NCBI GenBank assembly: GCA_038824035.1
Contig: JAWBBW010000003.1
Span: 1 to 64,000, forward strand
DNA length: 64,000 bases
Source of the DNA: Desulfurococcaceae archaeon
GTDB taxonomy: Archaea; Thermoproteota; Thermoprotei_A; Sulfolobales; Desulfurococcaceae
Reading direction: 5' to 3'
Part shown: piece by piece, positions 38,797 through 49,246 of the stretch
How the letters are laid out: the number at the start of each line of letters is the position of its first letter
Numbering within the stretch: position 1 is the first letter of the stretch
Made by a program: the position numbers and the translations under genes
The notes under the pieces: model-generated
What the model was told of the DNA's origin: nothing
What the model saw: only the letters and a program-made list of their open reading frames with translations
Databases searched by the model: none

Positions 38797-39666
38797 ATGG
38801 TTGATATAAGAATTAAAAACCTGGCATCGGCATTGATTCTCCTTACACCCTTCTTGGTTCTTTACACGATTTTCACAATATATCCATTAGCTGTGGCAAT
38901 ACACCTAAGCCTGTATAGGACAACGCCATACGGGGATTATTATGTTGGATTGGACAATTATATCTCAATATTAACTGGAAAAGATATCAGGCTCAATATA
39001 GGCTTTAGTAATGTGCTTGTATATGGATTGTTCAACGCCATAACGCTTGGCCTATCTCTGTTAATGGCATGGTTATTAACGAGGTCGATAACTGGTAAGT
39101 GGTCAACCGTGACACAGATAGCGATACTGCTACCAATGGTGGTAAGCTGGGTATCGCTTGGATTGGCCTGGACAACGTTATTGAGCGCCATACGTAACCT
39201 GGGCAGAGCAGCTGGCGTCATGTGGCTTGATAACCCATTGGTCTACACCTCTACAGCTAAGTGGACGGTGGGAGCGTTGATTACATGGGGTTCCCTTGGT
39301 TATGCTACACTACTCTACATATCAACCATAAGATCCCTTCCAATGGACTACTTCGAGGCAGCCATGATCGATGGCGCTTCTGATTGGCAGATATTTAGGC
39401 ATGTAACAGTCCCATTACTCAAGCATATCATAATATTCCAGTTAATAGGTGCAGTTGTGGCGGCGTTTAACATATTCGATCCTGTAGCTGTATTGACCGG
39501 AGGAGGTCCAGCATGGTCTTCTACGAGTGTTGCATTTTACGCTGCACGGCAAGTACAATATGCGTGGAATGTGGGGATGTGCGCGGCGATCGGCGTGGTG
39601 GTCATAGCCATAGTGCTGGGATTAAACCTGTTCCAATTTAGATTGATCTACAAGAGGCTTGTATAA
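38797..39666 (+). CDS. Carbohydrate ABC transporter permease (MalF/UgpA type)
   Basis: YVGLDNY, YFEAAMIDGA..WQIFRHVTVPLL EAA motif. Confidence 0.92.
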   Translation: MVDIRIKNLASALILLTPFLVLYTIFTIYPLAVAIHLSLYRTTPYGDYYVGLDNYISILTGKDIRLNIGFSNVLVYGLFNAITLGLSLLMAWLLTRSITGKWSTVTQIAILLPMVVSWVSLGLAWTTLLSAIRNLGRAAGVMWLDNPLVYTSTAKWTVGALITWGSLGYATLLYISTIRSLPMDYFEAAMIDGASDWQIFRHVTVPLLKHIIIFQLIGAVVAAFNIFDPVAVLTGGGPAWSSTSVAFYAARQVQYAWNVGMCAAIGVVVIAIVLGLNLFQFRLIYKRLV

Positions 39667-39677
39667 GGGGTGTTAAT

Positions 39678-40511
39678 ATGGCCACGAGGCCTCGAAGAAA
39701 CAGGGTTGTGATCAAATACATATTATTAATAATACCTATAATATTAATGGTAACATATATATATCCATTCCTTCACCTAGCGTTGATCTCCTTTGGCGCG
39801 AACTATAACAAGGTTCCTCCCGAGTTCATACCATCTGTCCCAACCCTTCGCGGTTATTTAGAATTGTTTGCACACCCATTATTGTCAAGGTGGGTATTGA
39901 ATAGTGTCATATTTGCGGTAGGTACCACGTTTGGTAGCATTGCACTGGCAATACTAGCTGGGTATGCGCTTTCAAGGATACAGTTCCCCGGTCGTACCAT
40001 AGTGTTCTGGTACTCCATGCTTGGTATAATGATACCTGGAATAATGCTATACATACCCTTGTACATACTAATGCTGAGGGCAAAGCTACTGAATACATAT
40101 CAAGGCCTCATAATACCGTTATTAGCTAGTGCCTATAATGTCTTCTTAGTCAAACAAGCATTTGACGCTCTACCCAGGGATTTCGAAGAGGCCGCATACA
40201 TAGATGGAGCTGGCTCGTTTACAATAGCATTTAGGATTATGATGCCCCTCGTAAAGCCAGTGATCGTAACTGCCTTATTATATAACTTTGTGTGGAACTG
40301 GAACAACTTCGCTTGGCCATTATTCGTTGCACCTAATAGCGAGAGATACACATTAGCCCTAGGTGTCTGGATGAGTACATGGTCCTACACTGTTGATTTC
40401 TGGAAATATGCTTCAGGGGCAATATTGCAGGCAGCTGTGCCAATAGTGTTATATGTGTTGGCGTTATCGTATTTCCTGAGAGGCCTGAAGATGGCTGGGT
40501 TGAAGAAATAG
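39678..40511 (+). CDS. Carbohydrate ABC transporter permease (MalG/UgpE type)
   Basis: AGYALSR..FPGR, EEAAYIDGA, WNNFAWP. Confidence 0.92.
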   Translation: MATRPRRNRVVIKYILLIIPIILMVTYIYPFLHLALISFGANYNKVPPEFIPSVPTLRGYLELFAHPLLSRWVLNSVIFAVGTTFGSIALAILAGYALSRIQFPGRTIVFWYSMLGIMIPGIMLYIPLYILMLRAKLLNTYQGLIIPLLASAYNVFLVKQAFDALPRDFEEAAYIDGAGSFTIAFRIMMPLVKPVIVTALLYNFVWNWNNFAWPLFVAPNSERYTLALGVWMSTWSYTVDFWKYASGAILQAAVPIVLYVLALSYFLRGLKMAGLKK

Positions 40512-40594
40512 CGTTAACAAGTCTCTAACCCCGCTTTAAAACCTGTTTTTAAATTCAGGCCCACTAATTGATTACTGTATCGGCGGTGTGTGAA

Positions 40595-42049
40595 ATGAAA
40601 ACACATGTATATGTGGATACATCATCTATCATAGCTCCTCTGGACAGGAGAATATATGGCCAATTCGTAGAACATCTTGGAAAATGCATATATGGAGGTA
40701 TATGGGTTGGCGAGAACTCGAAAATACCCAATGTCAAGGGGTATAGACTCGATGTATTGAACGCTGTGAAGGAAATTAAGCCGCCGTTGATCAGGTGGCC
40801 CGGGGGCAACTTCGTCTCACAATATCATTGGATGGACGGTATAGGGCCGAGAGAGCATAGACCCAGGAGATTCGAATTAGCATGGGGTCAGGAAGAGCCG
40901 AATGAGTTTGGAACTGATGAGTATATTGAATGGATTAAAATGATTGGTGCAGAGCCATATATAGTGGTCAATGCAGGTAATGGCACACCGGAAGAAGCAG
41001 CGGCATGGGTTGAATATTGTAACTCGCCGAGGGATACATATTATGCCTCTTTGAGAAAGAAATATGGGCACAAAGAGCCATATAATGTCAAGTTATGGGG
41101 TATCGGTAACGAGCTATATGGGAGATGGCAAGTAGGTTTCTGCAAGGATGGTGAGGAGTGTGGATGGAGAACAGTGGAATTTGCTGATCACATGAGGAGG
41201 GTTGATCCAACCATAAAGTTGGTGGCTGTGGGCGTGGATATAGATCCTGAATGGAATGTGGATATGATAAGGATAGCAGGCGAATATATAGATTACCTAT
41301 CAATACACACATATATATTCACAGATAGACAGGGCAAGACATATGAAGACCTAGTGGCGTGGCCCGTTTTCATAGAAGAAAACCTCAGGAGTATTTACTA
41401 TGTGATCGAGCAAACAAAGTTCAAATATAGGATCAAGAGAGACATTAAGATCATATTTGATGAGTGGAATGTGTGGTATCCAGAAGCACAACCCCCGTAT
41501 TTAACTCAAATAACCAGCGTGAAAGATGCAGTGTTCACGGGCCTTGTGTTAAACTCCCTTCAGAGATTGGTCAAGATCGTGCCAGCGGCGTGTTTTGCCC
41601 AGACAGTTAATGTATTGCCATTGATAATCACTGATGATGAGGGCAAGATGATATTGTCACCGCAATATCTAGTCTTCAAGCTATATACAGAGGTATTAGA
41701 AGGCAACGTGGTCACGACGATCGCATCTTCGCCAGCATATAGGTCTAAGGAACTAGACAGGGAAATACCATATCTAGATGCATCGGCGGTATTTTCCAGC
41801 GATAAGACAACTCTATACTTATACGTAGTTAATAGACATCCTGAGGAGAGTGCAGAAATAATGCTACATATCAAGAACTTTAAGCCATCGACAATTAGAC
41901 ATAAATATGTAGCTGGAACATCTATCAATGATAAAAACACATTTGACAAGCCTGATAATGTTAAAATAGAGGAAAAAAGTTATGCGCTGACAACAACACA
42001 GACGGTCTCAATACCTCCTCATTCAGTTAATCTATTGATCCTGTCTTAA
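40595..42049 (+). CDS. abfA: GH51 alpha-L-arabinofuranosidase (cytoplasmic)
   Basis: YGQFVEHLGKCIYGG, RWPGGNF, FGTDE, GNE acid/base, DEWN nucleophile, AQTVNV; start taken at MKTHVY. Confidence 0.92.
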   Translation: MKTHVYVDTSSIIAPLDRRIYGQFVEHLGKCIYGGIWVGENSKIPNVKGYRLDVLNAVKEIKPPLIRWPGGNFVSQYHWMDGIGPREHRPRRFELAWGQEEPNEFGTDEYIEWIKMIGAEPYIVVNAGNGTPEEAAAWVEYCNSPRDTYYASLRKKYGHKEPYNVKLWGIGNELYGRWQVGFCKDGEECGWRTVEFADHMRRVDPTIKLVAVGVDIDPEWNVDMIRIAGEYIDYLSIHTYIFTDRQGKTYEDLVAWPVFIEENLRSIYYVIEQTKFKYRIKRDIKIIFDEWNVWYPEAQPPYLTQITSVKDAVFTGLVLNSLQRLVKIVPAACFAQTVNVLPLIITDDEGKMILSPQYLVFKLYTEVLEGNVVTTIASSPAYRSKELDREIPYLDASAVFSSDKTTLYLYVVNRHPEESAEIMLHIKNFKPSTIRHKYVAGTSINDKNTFDKPDNVKIEEKSYALTTTQTVSIPPHSVNLLILS

Positions 42050-42069
42050 TTTTTCCTCTAAATCACTTT

Positions 42070-42792
42070 TCGAGGGTCATTACACCTACTTTTGAATCGG
42101 GTTCTAGGTTACCAGAGATACCGGCAGCTAGTGATGTGCCATATGTAGACGCTGTCGCCCTGTTTAACGAAGACAGGTCTACACTCTCTCTGATCATAGT
42201 CAATTATCACACAACCAACAACATTAAGACCTACATAAATCTACACAACTACGAAATCGATGGCCCCATTAAAGTTGTTCAATTAACAGCGCCCGCGATT
42301 TCAGCCAGGAACACTTGGAATAACCCTGATTATGTCAAACCAGTGGAATACATAATGGAGGCTATGTCAAATAACTTGGAAATAGAATTGCCAAAGTTAT
42401 CTGTAACATTATTATTAATAAATGGTTCTGTGAAACCAGGCAGCGCGCCAGACCCATATAAGGCTGTATTCACATTGCCGGTGACTATTTCGCAGACCAC
42501 TACCCCCATTTCCACGGAACCCGCGCCGTCTCCAACCACCACTTCCACTCCCATAACACCTGTTTCCACACCGTTGATCACACCAACCCCTACACCCACC
42601 CCTGGGCCGATCACAACTACGCCCGTTCAGTCACCAACAACGCCCCCGATCACCACTCCTGTCTTGACAACTCCCACAACTCCTGCATTATCACCAACTC
42701 CATCTATACCGATTATGTATTTAGCCATACCTATTGCGCTATTAGTCACGGCTATATCATTATTTATATTGCTCAGAAAGATGAAGAAGTGA
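42070..42792 (+). pseudogene. Truncated membrane-anchored GH51 paralog: C-terminal domain + Pro/Thr linker + TM anchor, no catalytic domain
   Basis: TPTFES...VPYVDAVALF...LIIVNYH...NTWNNP...LPKLSV parallels the C-terminus of the adjacent GH51; PT-rich linker; TM ending RKMKK. Confidence 0.7.
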
Positions 42793-42797
42793 AGGAA

Positions 42798-43226
42798 TCA
42801 TGTTTTTTTCCTTGAATATACATTAAACCATATTCTCATAACTCCTTTCTCGCGCGTTACCCATTTAAACATGAGGGTGAAATTGTAAATCCCTTTTTCA
42901 ATTTCAAGTGGCGTGTCGAACCCAGGTATATTCGATGCCCTTCTCATACATGTGCCAATGGTATCTATGAAACAAGGCACATGGATCCTGTACTTACTAG
43001 TTCGCGACTCCATCAGCATCTCCATACCTATGATCGCCTGGATAAAGGGCTCGAATTTAATGGAATCCTTATCTATCTGCAAGAGAGAGGTCCAAGGTAT
43101 CTTCCACATGTATAGATCAATCCTTCTCTCGCCACGCTCTCTATCCATTTTCAACTCAACGTCAATATTTCTCGATACAATATATTGCACGAAAACACAC
43201 CACACATACAAATATACCATAGACAT
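42798..43226 (-). CDS. Hypothetical protein or gene fragment
   Basis: 142-aa ORF with no recognisable motif and no clear RBS. Confidence 0.35.
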   Translation of the reverse strand: MSMVYLYVWCVFVQYIVSRNIDVELKMDRERGERRIDLYMWKIPWTSLLQIDKDSIKFEPFIQAIIGMEMLMESRTSKYRIHVPCFIDTIGTCMRRASNIPGFDTPLEIEKGIYNFTLMFKWVTREKGVMRIWFNVYSRKKT

Positions 43227-43358
43227 AAATATGCCACTATGGAATTATAGCCATCAATCACACAATATCAAAAAATGATCACGATGCAAAAGAATTATAG
43301 AGAAAACAAAGAGATAAAACCAGTTGACAATTAATAAGGCAAGAAAAGCGTAGGAAGC

Positions 43359-43549
43359 GGCGTCCGGGGCTTTGTGCTCCGGATTAAATAAATGTAATGT
43401 CTATATTAGATCAAGACAATAAACCCAGACGACAGATAACACCGGACCCGGTTCACCCAGGCCCAGTGTCATCAGCCGCCTGAGCTTATTGTCTTGATCT
43501 AATATAGACATTACATTTATTTAATCCGGAGCACAAAGCCCCGGACGCC
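43359..43549 (-). ncRNA. Putative long-hairpin non-coding RNA (93-bp rod, 5-nt loop)
   Basis: 64-bp perfect inverted repeat (43359-43422 / 43486-43549). The 63-nt spacer pairs at 28 of 29 positions only on the minus strand (8 G-U, one U-U). TATA box upstream, T-rich tract downstream. Confidence 0.6.
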
Positions 43550-43572
43550 ATCTTTTTATTTCTTTTTTCCTA

Positions 43573-43580
43573 TATTTAAA
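43573..43580 (-). promoter_or_regulatory. TATA box for the hairpin element
   Basis: Minus strand TTTAAATA begins about 30 nt before the first hairpin base; BRE match is weak. Confidence 0.5.
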
Positions 43581-43649
43581 CTACATGTTTTGTATTTTCT
43601 TATGAAAATATGTGGGATCGTTGTGGGAGTTGTTTTGTATAAGTATTGT

Positions 43650-44315
43650 TCAAGTATTACATTTGTTTTGTATTATTTTACTGACTTCATTTATATTAGA
43701 TAAATTATCTATGAGGGTTTGATATGGCGTTATTATTATTATGTTTTTACCTTTGGCCTCGTTCTCGGCTGAGGGATGAATATAAAGCCCATACATTATC
43801 ATCAATGGATCTTTTATTTTATTCATCTCTACGAGCATCATTGTCTTTTCATAGAATAACTTGACATCCTCAGCGTGGATCCTTGACTTGGCTTCCCCTA
43901 TTATGATTATCTTTGATTTGTCAGGTATTCTCCAGCCTTCCCCGTAGTAATCGAATTCAAGTATTTTGCCATTTATGTTGAAAAACCTCCTATCTAGTTT
44001 CTCAACCTCTATGTTCAAGTACTTGTATATCCACGCTGGTAGAAAACTCCTAGCCGAATCTTCTATGATGAACCCTATTGAATCACTTAATTTACTGACC
44101 TCTCTTGCAATGTTGTTGACAAGTAGGGTCAATTTTTCAATTCTATCGGCTAATTGATTAGTATATGACTTTATTTCATCCATGTTCTTAGATAGATTTG
44201 AAACAGTGTCCCTTAAGTCGAAGATATCCTTTCTAAATTCCTGTAATTTCGATACATATGTTGTTTCACACCTTTCCTCCCTTAGTTTAAATAACCTTGT
44301 GAAAACACTTACCAC
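43650..44315 (-). CDS. Coiled-coil protein with C-terminal PD-(D/E)XK nuclease-like domain
   Basis: Heptad-rich N-terminus, then GFIIEDSAR, EFDYYG...IIGEAKSRI. Confidence 0.75.
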   Translation of the reverse strand: MVSVFTRLFKLREERCETTYVSKLQEFRKDIFDLRDTVSNLSKNMDEIKSYTNQLADRIEKLTLLVNNIAREVSKLSDSIGFIIEDSARSFLPAWIYKYLNIEVEKLDRRFFNINGKILEFDYYGEGWRIPDKSKIIIIGEAKSRIHAEDVKLFYEKTMMLVEMNKIKDPLMIMYGLYIHPSAENEAKGKNIIIITPYQTLIDNLSNINEVSKIIQNKCNT

Positions 44316-44487
44316 TATGCCCCTTTGTAAAATCCCCCGAGGATACAGTGAAAAACCAGAGGTCCTGGAAATACTCGGGTTGACTGGTATCGATTGATCA
44401 GCGGCATTGTTAAAATACCTGAGTGATATTTACAAAAATATTGAAAACACCAAAGCCCTGATCAGGACTCCAAGCGATGTGGTCTTG

Positions 44488-45939
44488 ATGAGGTTTCTAT
44501 CAATAATTAACAATATAGGTGAATTACTACTGGTTTTGGGTATATTCATGGTGGTAATACCATTAGTCGACCTCGTATGCAATGAGCCCATATCTATGTG
44601 GTTTTTACTCTTTTCATTAGTATACATATCAATAGGGTTCATATCGTTTGCATTGACATATAGGGCTCAATCTTTCGAGATGGGCATAATAGATGCCCTC
44701 CTTGTCTACTCATCGGCATGGCTCATATTGCCATTGATCTCGGCAATACCACTTTCAATGGAGCTGGGAATACCTTTCATAGATGCGTTATTTGAATCTA
44801 TATCAGGTTTCACAGGAACAGGTCTTACAGTGATACCTGATTTAGATAATTTAAAGAAAAGCATATTGTTCTGGAGAGCGTTGATGCAGTGGACAGGAGA
44901 ACTAGGTTTCGCGGTTTTCGCAATGGTATTTGTGCCGTTTTTCTGGAGATATGGGTTAATAGTGTATAGCCTTGAAAGGCCAAGTAGAATACACGCCTCT
45001 CTGAGGAGAACGGCTCGGCAATTGTTAAATATATATTTAATACTGACAGTGGCAGGTGTGTTGGCATGTTATTACACCGGGATGAATATCTTGGATGCAG
45101 TGGTACATACCATGACAGCCATAGCCACAGGAGGTATGAGCACTTATAACATGAATTATCAAAAAGTATTCGAATACGCCCCCATGAGCATATATCCCAT
45201 CTCAGCCCTGATGTTCCTAGGTGGCACGAGTTTCATAGTTTTGAACCTACTATTAAACGGTGAATTGAGGAAAATATGGAGTAATGAAGAGTTCAAGTTA
45301 TACATTGTCATGTCAATGGCTTTGCCTATTGCATCAACCGTGTTAATACTTCCCCATGTCAAGTGGTCATTAAGAGATGCGTTAATATATGGGTTTTTCA
45401 ACACTCTCTCAGGACTCACCACAACGGGATTTAACATAGGATCGATTTCAACACTGCCTCCAAGTATTAAACTGGTGATCATAGCTGGCATGTTCATAGG
45501 TGGGATGAGTTTTGCAACAACTGGTGGTATAAAATTAGCCAGGTTCCTTATATTATTGAAAAAGGCGAGGTCATACGTAGTGCACTTCGCCACAGCCGGT
45601 AAAGCCAGTCTACCAGTTAGATTTAATGGAGTGATATTGGACGATGACGAGATAGCCAACAATGTATTTTTCATAGTTCTTCATTCACTAACAATATTGA
45701 TAGGAGCAGGCGTAATAAAGAGCGTGTTGCCAGATACGGATTTCATAGACGCCTTCTTCGAAGCGACATCGGCCGCGAGCGCTGTGGGGTTATCAACGGG
45801 TATTACATCGCAAACAACCCCTTTCTTCGTTAAGATAGCCCTGATCTCGCTCATGTATCTGGGCAGGTTGGAGTATTTGCCCTTAATAGCTTTGCTTGGT
45901 GTAACTGTTTTTAGAAAATACTCAACGATCTTTAGGTGA
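44488..45939 (+). CDS. trkH: TrkH-family potassium uptake protein
   Basis: FESISGFTGTG, ATGG, TTTGF, MFIGG..TTGGIK, VGLS, MYLGRLE; start taken at MRFLS. Confidence 0.92.
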   Translation: MRFLSIINNIGELLLVLGIFMVVIPLVDLVCNEPISMWFLLFSLVYISIGFISFALTYRAQSFEMGIIDALLVYSSAWLILPLISAIPLSMELGIPFIDALFESISGFTGTGLTVIPDLDNLKKSILFWRALMQWTGELGFAVFAMVFVPFFWRYGLIVYSLERPSRIHASLRRTARQLLNIYLILTVAGVLACYYTGMNILDAVVHTMTAIATGGMSTYNMNYQKVFEYAPMSIYPISALMFLGGTSFIVLNLLLNGELRKIWSNEEFKLYIVMSMALPIASTVLILPHVKWSLRDALIYGFFNTLSGLTTTGFNIGSISTLPPSIKLVIIAGMFIGGMSFATTGGIKLARFLILLKKARSYVVHFATAGKASLPVRFNGVILDDDEIANNVFFIVLHSLTILIGAGVIKSVLPDTDFIDAFFEATSAASAVGLSTGITSQTTPFFVKIALISLMYLGRLEYLPLIALLGVTVFRKYSTIFR

Positions 45940-46003
45940 TAAGTAGAAATGCATAATTGTTAATTTAGGAAAATAATAAAAAAGAGAATCTGGGTGATTA
46001 TGT

Positions 46004-47893
<1,890 letters not shown>

Positions 47894-48010
47894 CTAATGT
47901 GTATCTTTCAAAGTTAAAAACACTTAGGTCGCATCATGGTTTTGCAACAGCCATGTTCATCCTAATAAGACGTTTTTTATATTGATAATAGTTGTTATAG
48001 AGGAGGAGTT

Positions 48011-49231
48011 ATGGATATTGAAGGCATCACCGAGTTACCACTCCACGACGGGCATGTCCCGCCTTACTTGCTTAGGCGAATGAAATTCCTCGGTTCTTTG
48101 ATAGCAAGACATATTATTGAAACATATGGCCCTGAGGAGTTATTGAGGCGATTGGCTAATCCATATTGGTTCCAGGCATTTAATAATGTGATTGGAATGG
48201 ACTGGGATAGTAGCGGCTCAACGACAGTAGTTCTCTATGTTTTAAAAGAAGCGTTGCCGCCGGATAGGATCGATGAGAACGAAATAGCTGTATTGGGCGG
48301 TAAAGGCAGAGATGCGGTGAACACAGCTCTCGAAATAGCTAGGCTAAGGATCGATCTCGATAAAGGTGAGTTAGTGAGACTAAGTAGAGTAGCGGCTAAA
48401 ATAGACTCAGTTGCTTTACAGGATGGTTACATCCTTTATATACACGGTCTATTAGTGACAAGTTATGGTAAAACACTGGTTATACAACAAGGCATGAATA
48501 TTAGGGAAAAACTGGCTAGGAGATATCATATATACGTGGAGAATGGAATACGTAACTTATTGAGTGAAGATCCTCACTCAGGGGTAATTTCATCCAGGAT
48601 ATCTACGGCTTTAAACCTCGTTGATGACCAATCCTGTGAGACCAGGAAAGCCATCGTGGATATTCTGAATTCCACGCCTCTCGATTCATTACTACAAGAT
48701 CTTCGCAATGTTAATAGACTATTGAAGGGCCTAGGAGACATAACGCTGTATCATCATGGCTATAGCGGCGTATCGGGTACAGAAACAAACAAGGTTGTTT
48801 TCGTAGATAAGATCTCGGGTAAAATAAACGCGAACAAATTCTTTTATCGGCCCATAACGGATATGAAAAGGGTAGAACTAGTGGCCAGGAAATTGAAGGA
48901 AACATTGGTCCAGGATTTCAAGGACCTTCTCTTAAGAGAGGGGTTAGGGCCTGAGACCATGAGGGCGATCGCATTGGTTGCCGATCTGATATATGGCTAT
49001 GAGCCGTCGTTCACTGACCCCACCACTCACCTAGTAGATCCATTCCTATATGCATATGCCCATGGCGGCAAGGACGGCATTCCATATAAAGTTAGGATCA
49101 GGGAGTTGGATAAAACCATAGAGTTTTTCACAAATCTGATAAACTGTATCAGGGTTGGTAACAAGGAAAGGGAATACATGCTTAGGAACTTGTCTAAAAT
49201 AGTGTTAAAATTCAAGTATTTTCTAAAATGA
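48011..49231 (+). CDS. DUF763 family protein
   Basis: LPLHDGHVP, WFQAF..VIGMDWDSSGSTT, QDGY, IQQGM, AHGGKDG.PY. Confidence 0.88.
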   Translation: MDIEGITELPLHDGHVPPYLLRRMKFLGSLIARHIIETYGPEELLRRLANPYWFQAFNNVIGMDWDSSGSTTVVLYVLKEALPPDRIDENEIAVLGGKGRDAVNTALEIARLRIDLDKGELVRLSRVAAKIDSVALQDGYILYIHGLLVTSYGKTLVIQQGMNIREKLARRYHIYVENGIRNLLSEDPHSGVISSRISTALNLVDDQSCETRKAIVDILNSTPLDSLLQDLRNVNRLLKGLGDITLYHHGYSGVSGTETNKVVFVDKISGKINANKFFYRPITDMKRVELVARKLKETLVQDFKDLLLREGLGPETMRAIALVADLIYGYEPSFTDPTTHLVDPFLYAYAHGGKDGIPYKVRIRELDKTIEFFTNLINCIRVGNKEREYMLRNLSKIVLKFKYFLK

Positions 49232-49246
49232 CTCGTTACCAAAACT

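Noticed and set aside
42480-42710. ACC/CCA-rich low-complexity tract resembling a tandem repeat
   Set aside because: Explained by the Pro/Thr linker coding sequence
43423-43485. Hammerhead ribozyme or C/D box RNA suggested by CUGAUGA in the hairpin
   Set aside because: No GAAA after a stem II and no properly placed CUGA D boxes; the motif is buried in the long stem
43359-43549. CRISPR array or autonomous IS element
   Set aside because: One inverted pair with no direct repeat-spacer units, no transposase and no evident target duplication
43486-43551. 21-codon leaderless ORF MASGALCSGLNKCNVYIRSRQ at the hairpin 5' arm (minus strand)
   Set aside because: It would be fully sequestered in a 64-bp stem; no independent coding evidence
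44330-44410. Short stems (CCCGAG/CTCGGG, CCAG/CTGG) between the nuclease-like gene and trkH, possible riboswitch
   Set aside because: Stems are short, match no motif I recognise and could be chance
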